A stretch of 64,000 bases of DNA, taken from assembly GCA_951406725.2 (NCBI GenBank), contig OX597815.1:146196001-146260000 (forward strand), given 5' to 3'. Position 1 is the first letter of the stretch; every line of letters starts with the position of its first letter. The notes under the pieces were generated by a model that saw only the letters and a list, made by a program, of their open reading frames with translations, was not told where the DNA came from and made no database searches. Of this stretch, positions 1 through 13,915 are shown piece by piece. The position numbers were made by a program, and so were the translations under genes. The stretch comes from Octopus vulgaris. Its lineage: Eukaryota.

Positions 1-410
1 CCTTAAATCTTGTGGGTGGTTTTAATCAATGACATCAACTCCAGTGCTCAAATAGCACTTATTTTATTGGCCCTTAAAGGATGAAAGGTAAAGTCGAACT
101 CAGTGGCATTTGAACGCAGAATATAAAAAGTTGAAAGAAATGAAGCTAAGCATTATATCTGGCGCGGTAAACGATTTTGCCAGCTCACAGTTTTTTGGTA
201 AACAAATATTGGCACAGGGCCAATAATTCTGAGGAAGCAGGTAAGTCGATTATAGTGATCCCAGTGATCAACTAACACTTATTTTAACGACCCCGAAAGG
301 ATGAAAGGTTCAGTCAACTCCAGTGGCATTTTAACTCAGAACAAAAAGTCGGAAGAAATGCTGCTAAGCATTTTGTCCGGCGCAGGAACCATTCTGCCAA
401 CTCGATGCCT
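1..410 (-). mobile_element. Two tandem degenerate SINE family A copies
   Basis: Reverse-complement motif GACCCCGAAAGGATGAAAGG...CGGCGC...TTCTGCCAACTCG occurs twice (~1-190 and ~205-410). Confidence 0.7.
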
Positions 411-1398
411 TTTCTAGTTCACTTCAACTGAGAAGTCCATTTCCCAGGGATATGCACAAATGCATATTTTTCATTCCTTCCTCTCTAATGCTAACACATT
501 TTTACATGCTTGCTGAACTATTTCGTGGAGTATATGGTATGGTGATAAATGAGAAATAGAATAAGATGATACTCATACAACACCATTATCTGGTAGGGAT
601 TCTCAAAATTTCATTTTGTTTATAATTTCTAAACTCTTATGGAAACTATGAACATTTCATGATTCCTAAAAATTTATATAATTGTGTATATGTATAAAAT
701 CAATATTTCCAAACTTGTCATTAAAACGTAAATGGGAAATGAATTTAATAATAGAGCTATAGCGTTACTCACATAAACCTTTATATCAAAATTTCAGTAT
801 GAACGTTGCCCCATTTTTAGGGCTCCGATCGTTTTTCTCTTAAACGGTATTTAAGTATCAAATAAAGCTAAGTGAAGCACTTGTCTGAGGTAAAAAAAAC
901 AAACAAACAAGCTCTAATTAACTAAGGAATTAAACTCCAAATAACTGAACAACAGAGAAGTAGCATTGTTATACTTTTGTCCGTTTATTTGAAAAATATA
1001 TTCAGATAATTTGAATTAATTAATAAAATAGCATTCATGGTTGAACAACTCTTCATCAGTGAAGCATGTCGAAATATTTTTAACGCACTCTCTTCTCTCA
1101 TGCTCTTTAATATTATCGAGAAACAAAGCTATGATTAGTTTTGTTTTTGTTATCGATTAATAGCATATCGGATTTTATTGTTCACAGTTATTTTTTAGAT
1201 TGTTTCAGTTACACTTAAATCAATTTAGATGATTAGGTGTTTAGAGTACCGTGAAAATGAGGGGCGGAATAAATAAATAAGTGAATGAGAAAGAAAGCTA
1301 AACTGTTTAATGATGAGATAAACCATGAAATACACGAAGGGAAAAATTAGCTTCCCCTCGAAATAATTAAAAAATAACTAAATATGTGGTGTGTGTTG

Positions 1399-1399
<1 letters not shown>

Positions 1400-1439
<40 letters not shown>

Positions 1440-1688
1440 CATACATATATACATATATACACACATATACACACATATATACACACACATACTTATACAC
1501 GCATGTGTACATATATACATTTATATATACATAGATACATATACATACATACATATATATATATATATACATACATACATATATATATACATACATACAT
1601 ATATATATACATACATACATATACATACATACATATACATACATATATGTACATACATATATATTCATAAATACATATATATATATAC

Positions 1689-1727
<39 letters not shown>

Positions 1728-1797
1728 CATATATATACATACATACATATATATACATACATAAATATATATACATACATACATATACATACATACA

Positions 1798-1881
<84 letters not shown>

Positions 1882-1912
1882 TATACACATATCTATATAT
1901 ATATATATATTT
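1400..1912. repeat. Compound (TA)n/(TACA)n microsatellite
   Basis: Direct reading. Similar arrays at 2617-3110, 4317-4680, 4957-5262, 9486-9870, 22017-22400 and 62357-62905. Confidence 0.95.
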
Positions 1913-1924
1913 AAACTTACATAT

Positions 1925-2615
1925 GTTTCGACCAAAGATTTGCCCAGGCCATGTCTAACTTAATAGCACCACCTGATAGTATTATCTAAATTTGTTTATA
2001 GTCCATTCAAGTAGAGATTTGTTGTTGAGTGAGTTGTATACAGGTATGGGTGGCTTATCCGGTATTCCTTGAAGGAATATGTCCTCTTTGATCTCTTTCG
2101 GGACAATGTTAAACAGGGCAGAGCAGAGTAACTATATGTTGTGATCCTGAATATGGAAGGGGACGTATGGCCCGTGGTCTCAGCCTTGGATGAACCTTGA
2201 AACTAACGTTCAGGTCATTTGGGCAATGATGGCGGTATATTCTCTACTTTGTACAAATGATGTACCGCTCGCGGCGGCGCTGGAGAGAGTAGAATTTCAA
2301 GACTTTGAGGCGGTCCCAATAATCGAGATCAGTCATGCCTTCAATTCGTTTATTGAGTGCCCTCTGGGGTGACTCAATCCTCGAGATATTTTGTTTTGTA
2401 TGGGAATCCCACAAGGGGCAGCAGCATTCGAAGTATGGCCGTACAAAGAAGGAGAAAAGTGTAATGATGACACCTTGTTCTCTGGAGCAGAAGGTACTTA
2501 AGATCCAGGAGATCATCCTACGAGCTATGTCGACCTTATTGTTGATGTGGGCACTCCAACTGAGATTGTTATCTACAATTACACCCAGGTCTCTGATATT
2601 AAATGCCGTGAGCGA
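1925..2615 (-). mobile_element. CR1-group LINE 3' fragment (second family)
   Basis: [17 protein letters not shown]...[12 protein letters not shown]...[21 protein letters not shown]. 3' UTR GTGCTATTAAGTTAGACATGGCCTGGGC. Flanked by (TA)-rich repeats. Confidence 0.85.
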
Positions 2616-3038
2616 TACATATATACATATAGATATGCATTCATATATATACATAGATATATACATATATACATTCATATATATATATATATATATATAT
2701 ATACATTCATATATATACATATATATATATATACATTCATATATATACATATATATATATATATACATTCATATATATACATATATATATATATACATAC
2801 ATATATATCTATACATATATATACATATTTATATATATACATATATATACATACATATATATCTATACATATATATGCATACATATATATCTATACATAT
2901 ATATCTATACATATATATATCTATACATAAATATATCTATACATATATATATACACATATATATATATATACATACATATATATATATATATATACATAC
3001 ATACATATATATATATACATACATACATACATATATAT

Positions 3039-3069
<31 letters not shown>

Positions 3070-3077
3070 CATACATA

Positions 3078-3109
<32 letters not shown>

Positions 3110-3112
3110 ACA

Positions 3113-3507
3113 CTAGCAGTATCGCCCGGCGTTGCTCGGGTTTGTAAGGGAAATAACTATATAAGCATTTTTAGAGAGTTATAGCCAAAAAATAGCAAAA
3201 AAATGCATTAAAAATTGAAAAAAAATTAAGGTAAATTTTTTTTTAAATCGTTGACACATCGTAGATATTTTTAGAGAGTTACTTCCCTTATATAAAAGCG
3301 AAAAAAATGCATTAAAATGGAAAAATATGATGGTAAATTTTTTTAAAATCGTAGATCATCGTAGACGCGCGCTAATACCCAGAAGGGCTCGATATGAATC
3401 ACGACTATAAGATACCTGCTTTTGGTTAAACTGCACCGCAAAATGTGGGAGTAGTTACGAATCTAAATCGTAGGAGACAGACACACAACTTCACTCTTAT
3501 ATAAAGA
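3113..3507 (-). mobile_element. Non-autonomous Helitron
   Basis: Minus strand begins A|TC (3507) and ends CTAG|T (3113). A GC-rich hairpin CCCGAGC-AAC-GCCGGG lies just before the 3' end. Internal ~100-bp tandem duplication. Confidence 0.8.
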
Positions 3508-4332
3508 TGCTTTTTTTTTCAGTCATAGAGTTAGATTTATGAAGGTCTTCAGTAGAAAATCCTTCGAATTCTGACTCGCTGCTTGATATAATGAAATTCG
3601 TATCCATTTTTTGTCAGAATTACAAATTTTGAAAACACAATAGGAACAAATTTCGGAAAAAAATCTCCCATAATTCACGGAATTAAAATTACACTTCGAT
3701 TTTTGTACAAAACTGTATTTGAAGTGTTTACGAAGTATAATACGTGTTTTCACGAATTTTCTAAAGAGATTTACTCTGATATTCTCATTTAAATATGAAT
3801 AGGTAAATTCGGGCGGTTTGGTAACGAAAGGGTTAAACGGATGCATACATTTATTAATAACTATATATAAGTGTCGTCTGTTTATACATAAACACTGTTT
3901 CATACTTTCAGTTTAGTCTTCCTCAAATCACTATGTCGCTATTTACTCTCTTCCAAGAACATTTTCACTCACTCTTATCTCTTAGCTTGCCATACATTTT
4001 ACTCATGTATCTATCAGCGTGATAGACAGAAACAAATATTACATCTAGTTTCACTTTATTCGTTGCACACTGTGTGTGTGCGTTTGCATGTGCTGTAAAC
4101 CAGACTAAGAAAAGCATTTGACATACCCATCAGAATGTGAGTTTTCTGTAAATTTTGCTGAATTGGAGTTTAAATTTTAAAAACTGGACCTGGCATGACC
4201 CGATGCATTCTACTCTTAAAAATGCTAGGTAAATTGTAATTGAAGAAATCCTATATTGTAGATTTCTATAAGTGACAAAGGGAGGCAGATAAAATCTGCC
4301 TTTTATAATAAGAGATACATATATATATATAT

Positions 4333-4411
<79 letters not shown>

Positions 4412-4460
4412 CATATATATATACATATAAATACATACATATATATATACATACATATAT

Positions 4461-4491
<31 letters not shown>

Positions 4492-4624
4492 CATACATAT
4501 ATATATATATATATATACATACATATATACATACATATATATACATATATATATGCATACATATATATAGATACATATATATATATATACATATATATAT
4601 ATATGCATACATATACATAGATAC

Positions 4625-4655
<31 letters not shown>

Positions 4656-4689
4656 TATAATTACATATATATATATATAGAGAGAGAGA

Positions 4690-4956
4690 GACCCCCTTCG
4701 GTCACGACACAGACCATGGGATTGCACCTAGAAAGTTACCCTCCTAGACACAAGTCCGGGCGAGATTGTTTATGGAAGACCAGCAGTCGCCCATGCATAC
4801 CAGCCTCCCCTCTCCACGCCACCAGTGTTATCCAAGGGAAAGAAAAAGGTCGATACAGCTTGGCACCAGTGACGTCGCAACTCATTTCTACAGCTGAGTG
4901 AACTGGAGTAACGTGAAATAAAGTGCCTTGCTCAAGAACAAGAACACAACACGCAG
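4690..4956 (-). mobile_element. SINE-like element lacking its head (family D)
   Basis: Minus strand TTCTTGAGCAAGGCACTT...TCCAGTTCACTCAGCTGTAGAAATGAG resembles a SINE central domain. Embedded in (TA)n. Confidence 0.55.
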
Positions 4957-5042
4957 ATACATATATATATATATATACATACATATGTATATATATATAC
5001 ATACATATATATACATACACACACACATATATATATATATAT

Positions 5043-5091
<49 letters not shown>

Positions 5092-5196
5092 CATATATAT
5101 ATACATACATATATATATATACATATACATATATATATACATATATATATACATATATATATATATACATATATATATATACATATATATATCTAC

Positions 5197-5229
<33 letters not shown>

Positions 5230-5311
5230 AATATATATATACATATATATAGACATATATATAATTTGTAGGATTGAGTTGGATCCATTGCTAATAATAA
5301 GAAAGAGAGAA

Positions 5312-5397
5312 AAATAGCCTGAGGACGCACTGGTGGATTTATGTATTATGTATAACCTGGTAAAACAAACCACCAGGGTAGAAATACGTGTAGCGTT
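5312..5397 (+). ncRNA. Degenerate type I hammerhead ribozyme in a short (TA)n-flanked element (~5262-5445)
   Basis: CTGAGGA (5319-5325). Stem II cgcaCTGGTGG/CCACCAGggta, with the base of the stem mismatched. GAAA at 5381-5384, then TACGTG-TA (ACGT loop, GTA triplet). Stem I is only GC/GC. Confidence 0.6.
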
Positions 5398-5709
5398 GAT
5401 CAATGCTATCTTCCTCCCTCACATACTAATAACAGGTAGGGTATATATATTTGAACAATATGTTTAAATAATTAATACTTTATAATTAATTCTAATGTAA
5501 TTTGATTTATTGTACGTTATAGTAGGGTTTAAAATGCTTGTATTATTAGATTAGTATTTTAGCTATAACTTTCCATGTGTACTCCAGAAAATAAAGTTGC
5601 CCTGAAATCGAAGTTGTGGTCCAGTTGGTAAAATCACAAATTTGTAATTATATATACTTATAAATATATAGATATATACATATGTATACATTTATATATA
5701 TACATTCAA

Positions 5710-5766
<57 letters not shown>

Positions 5767-5861
5767 CATACACACATATATACATTTATATATGCATACA
5801 TATATACATAAACATGTTTATATACATACACATATACATAAACATGTATATATACATACAC

Positions 5862-5922
<61 letters not shown>

Positions 5923-6412
5923 TGATGCATTATTTACTGAGATATGAGAGCAGAGAATATAGTTTATGGTAGTTTGGGACAAAATATTTTCAGCTGAAGT
6001 AGGCAAAATATATGGAAATAATTGCCTAAATTACTTTACAGTATTGATTATTGTTTTAAGTCTGTATATGCCACCACTTATGTGTGAGTGTGTGTGTGTG
6101 TGTATTTGTGTGAGTCTGCGTGTCTGTGAGTATGGTTTAATGTTTATCAGCCGTAGTACAGATGTTTGTTGTATAGATAACTGCCTTGTAACTAACTAAC
6201 ATTATTCTACTTATTATGGCTGGTTGGCTGTCTGGCTGGTTTTCTGGCTGGTTACGGGTTAATCATTCTTCCGTCGGATGTCTCTTTAGAGATTGGCGCC
6301 GTTTTACACGCTAAACTAGACCACTGTTTGATTAGTAATCACAGCCGAAAACTGATTGGTAGCCAGAAACTTTGAAGCTTTATCATTTGTAACCGTTAAA
6401 GTGTAGAGTTAC

Positions 6413-6511
<99 letters not shown>

Positions 6512-6949
6512 CTGAAACACATTAACTTATAATTTGTGCTGCACGTTAATATATACACATTAACTCAAATCTACCAGATTCCATTCTGGAGAAATTATAC
6601 ATTACAATTATCAGCAAACTTAGACAAGTTATGGAAATTCTGACTGGTTATGGAAATTCTGGAACAAGATTCAGTGTCCCATATTCTGGGAATGGAATTA
6701 TAGTTACGTATCTATGTATCTCAATCACCTGGTGCAGGCATGAACGAATTGCTGACCTGAGAAAATGCATGACTAGTGGTTGATATGAGATTAGGTAGCT
6801 GTATGGTTCAGTATTTCCTTCGCCTACATGCCATATGATTTCAAGCTGAATCCAACTGTCTGGCATTATATACAAGGCCCTTTTGGCACGAGTCGGACCA
6901 GGTTTGCAAATGAAATTTAGTAGACGAAGAATGTGAGGGATCACGTTGA

Positions 6950-7700
6950 ATGGACACTCCTAATTCTCGCGAAGCAAATACAGAGTGACGTCAAATCAGA
7001 ATTTTATTACTGGATGTATTTAACGTTGATATCCAATATTTCTAGCACAGATGCAGGCATGCAGTGCGAAGGTAAATACCTGCCCTTCTCTGACTAGTTT
7101 CGGTGAACCTGTAGACGGCGATAGACATTGATCTGCTGCATCTAACTTCTGAATTTTAAAACTATAAAAGGCCACGATAAAATAACATTATTTATACTGT
7201 TAATATGTTGGTAGCACACTAAGATTATGAGTGTGTTAGTATAATTTGTTCATTTTACTGTGTAAATATAATTAATACTATGATTGTATTGTATTTAGAT
7301 ACAGGGCTCAGCCATGCGAATCGGCGATGAGGTGAAGCAAGTCCAAAACATTGAGGTCGAAGAATAGATTTATTGGATTTACAGCTCGCCACACCAAATT
7401 ATTCTATTTGTCAAACATTTTGGTGAGAATCGGAAGCCAGCAGGTATGGACGTGTATTTCTCTTCGTAGGGGATTTGTTCAAAATCACAGGTTTCCGAAA
7501 TATTCGTATGCGTACATCATCGGGCATGTGTCTCCTGCGAAGGTGACAAGACAGCTCAAATAGTGTGACTGAAAATTGGGCGTCGAAACTATTGCAGTAG
7601 TCTAGGAAGGGACTGTATCTATTCGTGGGTGGTATATTTCATCCACCGCACGTTATATTACTACACACATCCGCTCTTTTGGCGCATTTAGTACAAGTAT
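6950..7700 (-). mobile_element. Probable Ty3/gypsy pol relic (RT/RNase H)
   Basis: Minus translation YHPRIDTVPS*TTAIVSTP...LTKMFDK...AVNPINLFFDLNVLDLLHLIADSHG resembles gypsy RT 'YHQI...KTAIVTP...VNP.KC.F....LDFLGH.I...G'. Very decayed. Confidence 0.4.
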
Positions 7701-8444
7701 TCTCATCAAGTCTCTGATATAAATATATGAAGGTCTTTGTACTTTTCTCCCACCAATCTCTAGGGTTTTGCTATTGATCCCTGGGCGCTACTTATCTCCG
7801 CCTAGTTAAAGAACACCGTAAAAATCGGTGTCAATAAAATAAATGTTATCTGAATAAAAGAGCCCCTTTTGTTTATCTTGCAATGTATGGTTTCTTTGAC
7901 GTCCACTTACAAAGCCATTGAAAAGAGCACGTATGACCACAAAACTATTCAAAAGAGCACGAAGGTTGCACGGTCTTATTACCATACTTCTGTTTAAGTA
8001 AGAAATCGTTATTTTTTTTTATTGGTTACTTTAATAAGATCGACTTTTGACTTTCGACGTCATCACAACAATCGTTTGATCTTCGAGTTTGTGGCATTCT
8101 GATGTCAAGACACAATGGCTTAGATTATGAATAAAGACGGACTATCTAATATTAACATATTAGCAAATACCATGCTTTCTGTACGTCTGTCATTTCTTCT
8201 CCCTCTCCCCCATCTTTCCCATCCTTCCTCTCATTATTCGATTGCTATATTCAAAAGAATATGTGTCTGTCTTTATTGTATACTCAGGAGTGTGTGTGTA
8301 TGTGAGTGTAAGAATACTTACATATATACGCATGTATATATATACATACACATATATGCTTTTATATAGACATATGTATAAATGTTTATATATATATATA
8401 TGTGTATATGTATGTATGTATGTATGCATGTATGTATGTATGTG

Positions 8445-8483
<39 letters not shown>

Positions 8484-8496
8484 ATATGTATATATG

Positions 8497-8541
<45 letters not shown>

Positions 8542-8760
8542 TAACTATATTACACACGTTTCGATCACTGTTTTCTTTCTATATTTTCTTTGGCAATATC
8601 AAGATAAATCTTAATAGAACCATTATTCCATTTAATTTGTTAAAAATACAGCAAAAAAAAAAGAAACAGAAATATATGTATGTACGTAAATGGATATGTA
8701 CGCACCTATATATTGGAGAATGTGTATCTATATATGTTAGTCTGCATGTATGCTGCTTTA

Positions 8761-8818
<58 letters not shown>

Positions 8819-9615
8819 AATATTTATAAAGGATAAAAACAGAAATTGGTATTCATGAGATATATTAATCACGACGATCGTTTCGACACATTTGCATCGA
8901 TTCCTTGCGTAACCATCAACATAAAGTTTCTCACTCATAACGCCTATGCCTTCCGCAAATGTAACTTGCCCAAATAAAGAGCTCTTCATATTCAAGGCTC
9001 CCATGAAGCTATTGGATGTTATCTTGGTACTCAACTAAGAGTTCACCACATCTAAGAGTAGAAACAGCTGTTAGGTAATGAAGTTGAATAATTAATATTT
9101 GTTTCTCAGTTGTCATCATTTAGTTTCGATTACCTGTCTGTACTCATCCAGCATTGTGCTCTGGACCGTACTGTATAACCTAGTGTATTGATATATACAC
9201 TAAGTTAATAGTCTTGCTTTGCGTAGGTGAAATATGAATGTGTGTATATGTATGTGAGTGTATGTGTCTGTGTCTGTGTTTGTGTGTGTATTTGCGAGAT
9301 TTTCTGGAATCGCCAAAGTCGATCGTCAAAGAAGTAGGATGTATGTGATTGCTGTACACATCAGAGCAACTATCAACGAGGGGACATACTGATGTTTGAA
9401 AGTATATGTATAGCGAGACACTCCGAGGAGTAAACAAGCGTATCAGAAGTTTGGAACAAACAAATATTTTTTTATGTTCTTGTAATTATATATATATATA
9501 TATATTTATATATATGTGTGTGTGTGTATGTATATGTGTATATATATACATACATACATGCATATAGATATAGGTATATGTATGTGTATACAGATATGTG
9601 TACATATATATATAC

Positions 9616-9668
<53 letters not shown>

Positions 9669-9689
9669 TATATACATATATGTATATAC

Positions 9690-9753
<64 letters not shown>

Positions 9754-11959
9754 GTATATATATGTATGTATATATATATATATGTATATGAATATTTATG
9801 TGTACATATATTATATAATATCCATATTCATATATATTATGTATAATATATATACCCATATATATCGTGTATGTGTGTGGAAGGAATAAAACGAGTAAGA
9901 TCACGAAGAAAAATATATGATCAATGAAAAGACGCCGAGTCAGATAAGCGAAAGTACGTGAACGAAGAAGGCGTAGAAATGTCAATTAAAAAAAAACGAG
10001 AATCAAAGAAGTAGACAACAAAGATAGATATTATAAACAATGAAACAAAAGAATATTCAAAGTGTAGATTGTTTCATTCATCAAAGAGAAGAATAAGTAT
10101 TAAAGATCCTGGAGTCAGAGAAAAAAGAACGATAAAATATTTACGACGTCTATTCAGATTGCCGGCGTAGCTTCTGCGTATACATATACACATACATACA
10201 TACATACATACATATATACATACATACATGCACACACACACACACACACACACACGCACATATATATATATATACACATATACGTAAGCATGTAGCGGTC
10301 AGTCGCAGACTTGTATGGTCTTTACCATGTACTATGTTATTGTTTCATATGTAGATGCGTGCAGACAATGTATTTGATCGAGCAGAATATCGCGGATGAA
10401 AAAGCGATCGAACCCCTGAATTGTTACTTCTTTTCAGTTATGTTGTGTGGATAAACTTAAAATGTATTCCACAAGGTCCGGCGCACTGCTTGGTCCAGAT
10501 GTCGATCCCACGATTTCATATTTATTAATCGATTTCCCTAACTGCTAGGCCACGCAAATATATGTATTTATGTCTGTATGTTTCCATATCTATATGGTTT
10601 TGTCCGTCTGCCTGTGCTTCTCATTCTCTCTTGCACTCACTCTATGCTGCATATGTACACACACCCACACACACATGCGCGTACCATAAATATGGAGAAT
10701 AAAATTACTAGGGCATTGAAAATTTTGTGGCGTTATTCTTGCTCTTACTGGTTTTTGAGAATCAAAGTGAAACAATTTCAACAGGAAATCGAAATACTGA
10801 CGTGAACTAATTTTACTCAAAAGTTACGACTTTTCTATCGCATACACACATTTCTATACAGCATATATACACAAGTCCATATGCAAATATATGTAAGCAA
10901 GCACATGTGTCCATTTTATTTCTTTTTTATTGAATTCAATTCATTATTGTGCATAGTGTGTAAATGTAATTATTAAGATTTTTCTATTCACTGGAAAACA
11001 AATATTAGGCATAGAAAAGAATGTTTATGTTGGCAAGATATAGTAGTTAACTGTAGTTTTCTCGATCAATGATCGCTGCAAATTGCTATGCCTTCCACAT
11101 CTTTCCGACCAATCTTGGTGTTGGCCGATAGTACAAAGTGTGGATTACGAGTCTTAATTGGTTGAGAACTTACTTAATTTGTTTACTTGATCAAACTGAT
11201 CGATTTTTGTTTTTACTATGGATTGCTGCAATTTATATTCAACACTATGTGGTCTGTTGTTACTGGAAGCCTACGGTCATCTTTGTTCATGAAGAATTAT
11301 GGCTACGAAGTAGTTAAATGAAGCATTGTTCAATCAGTATTTTTATTTGCAATCAAACCACCTTGATACTGCTGCTTGGTGTATTGGGATTGCGACAGAA
11401 GACATGTTGATCCTTAATAAGGTGTTTGATAAGAGAAATACGAATGGCTAATTGGATTGGTCGAACGAACGAACAAACGAAGGAATTACTGGAACCCCGG
11501 AGCATCTCCTGCCTGTGGTGCTAGAAATTGCCGAGAACAGATCTAATCGGAATTATTATGTGATGATCTGTAATGAATCAGTATGTAAACTCTGTTGAAT
11601 ATGTTTCAGTAACGATCACATACTTGCATATTAAAGCGTAAATGTATCAATGTATGCGTAGAAATATACAAACACATTTTCACTAAGATACAAGCATGAG
11701 ATAGTGAAATTCATTCAACGTAGTTTAAAACATTACTAGGACTAAAGCTTTACGATAATGGTATGTCAAATGACGGGTTTACTGGATTTTCTCTAATCAT
11801 AAGTGAGGAAATTGGCACAATATGTCCATCCACCTCCCTGTATGCATTAAATACTGTCACAGTCAATTTGTTGTTTATAATGCCTGGGTTCTAATAAATA
11901 CAATGTAAATTTGTCTCCATTGAATTTGCCTTACCTCTCCTATTTCATGACAAATCTCA

Positions 11960-12812
11960 ACAGAATTTCCAACTAAATATCAAATATAATAAAAAAAAAC
12001 TAACAAAGGCCATTCCTATAGATCTCGAAACGGAAAAATAAGTGTTATAGAATACTATTTCAGAAAGGAGTGAACCAAAATAGAGTACTAAAAATAATAA
12101 CAATAATGGAATTATTGAAATCGTAGAAGAGTTCAAGAACAAAAGAAGATCAAACTGAAAATAGCTGCAATTTACATTGGACCAAATCAGGCAGCAAAAA
12201 AGATGTGCTGAAATTAAAAAAAAAAAAAAAACAGTTGTCGCTGACACATGGAAACTTCATATGAGAAACCGAATCATTGACTACAACCGCTAGGGTCAAC
12301 GAATTTGATAAAGGCAAAGATTGATAAAAGACAGTCAGACAGTGAACACAGAATCTGGAACAGAAGACATATTAGACAACTCTTAATTAGATGCAGTAAT
12401 CTTTCATAAAAAGAGTATAAATGCAGCCATCATTGTGTTAGTAAAAGAATGCATTGGAATGTTTGCCGAATGTATGGATTCATAGCAAGACAAAAGTAGT
12501 CTGGACACGAGCCAGAAGCTTTGGTGGGGAATAAGAATTACTGGATTTTATTGTATTTCTCCATAGAGACCGACCCTAATCTGGGTATGTGGTAAGAAGT
12601 TTGCTTCCCAACCACGTGGTTCCTGATTCAGTTCACTGCGTGGCACTTTGATTAAGCGTCATCTGCTATATCTTCGAGCCGACCAAAGTCTTGTGATTGG
12701 ATTTGATAGACAGAAACTTAGAAATCCGCCATGTGCATATACATCTCTCTCTCACTCTCTCTCTATCTATCTATATATATATACACACACATATATATAC
12801 ATACCTACCTAC

Positions 12813-12844
<32 letters not shown>

Positions 12845-13370
12845 CATTATATGTATATATATGTGTGTGTGAGTGTGTGCATGCGTCTTTGTGCTTGTGT
12901 TTGTCCCAAACATCGCTTGACAAGTGATGTTTGTGTAACTTACCAGTGATAGAACACGTACCATGCTTAAAGTACTGGGGTCGATTCATCGACAAAATTC
13001 ATCAAGGCGGTGCCCCACTATAGCCGCAGTCTTATAACAGAATTAAGTAAAAGATAAAAATACTACTGAATCAAGAAGACCAGATATGACTCAAGAGATT
13101 TAAAAAAAAACCAAAACAGTGTAAGGTCAAAAATGGCAACTGAATGGTTGCCAAAGAAATTTAGAAAATTGAGAAATATTAGCCAAAGAGACTGAAGTGA
13201 TTGTGATAGACTAAGTTGGAAATTGGCACCAAACCCAAATGCTACCTAAGAGGCTGAACGGTATTGCAACCGAGAATCATATTATCTACCGGCAATTCTG
13301 TATTTTTGTAAGAAAGATTTGAAGAGACATGTCATCAAACCTGAAGTTAATATTCCTGGTAATTAAATTG
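11960..13370 (+). mobile_element. Highly degenerate R4/Dong-clade relic interrupted by a SINE
   Basis: LIRCSNLS*KEYKCSHHCVSKRMHWNVCRMYG (~12380-12480) parallels IISSCPVLAKKEYIHRHDRVGTYIHWKLCQHYG. An RRPD remnant lies at ~13075, followed by (AAC/AAT) repeats. Confidence 0.5.
12585..13060 (+). mobile_element. SINE family B full-length copy
   Basis: GTGGTAAGAAGTTTGCTTCCCAACCAC head, internal microsatellite, GGCGGTGCCCC tail. Confidence 0.8.
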
Positions 13371-13464
13371 ACAAGTAATAGCTTAACAACAACAACAACA
13401 ATAATAGCAACAATAATAACGACAACAACAGCAGCAATAGCGACAACAACAATAATTGCTTCAA

Positions 13465-13878
13465 ATTTTGACAAAAGGCCTACAATTTTGATGGGAGAAA
13501 CTAATCAATTTTAACGACCGTGGTTCGCAACTGGTACATATTTTATCGACCACCGAACGAATGAAACCACAGTCGACTTGGGTGAAATTTGTACTGGGAA
13601 CTTTAAGACGAACGAAATGCTGCTAGACATTTTTCCCGGCGTCCTCATGATTCTGCCTACTCGTCGCCTTAAAATAATGATAGCAATAACAATGATTTTA
13701 AATTTTGGAACAAGGCCAGAAATTTCGTCGGAGGGAGCAAGTCGATTGCATCGACCCCAGTGTACAACTGGTACTTTTTGTATCAATCTAGAAAGGATGA
13801 AACGCAAAGTCGACCTCGGCGTAATTTGAACCCAGAACATGAAAATGAACAAGATTCCCGTGTGCTAACGATTCTGCC

Positions 13879-13880
<2 letters not shown>
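13465..13880 (-). mobile_element. Two tandem SINE family A copies
   Basis: AACTGGTAC..TTT..ATC..GAA.GATGAAAC..AGTCGAC repeated at ~13530-13670 and ~13765-13880. Confidence 0.7.

Positions 13881-13915
<35 letters not shown>

Noticed and set aside
3800-3836. GGG|TTAA piggyBac-like terminus
   Set aside because: No matching opposite terminus found.
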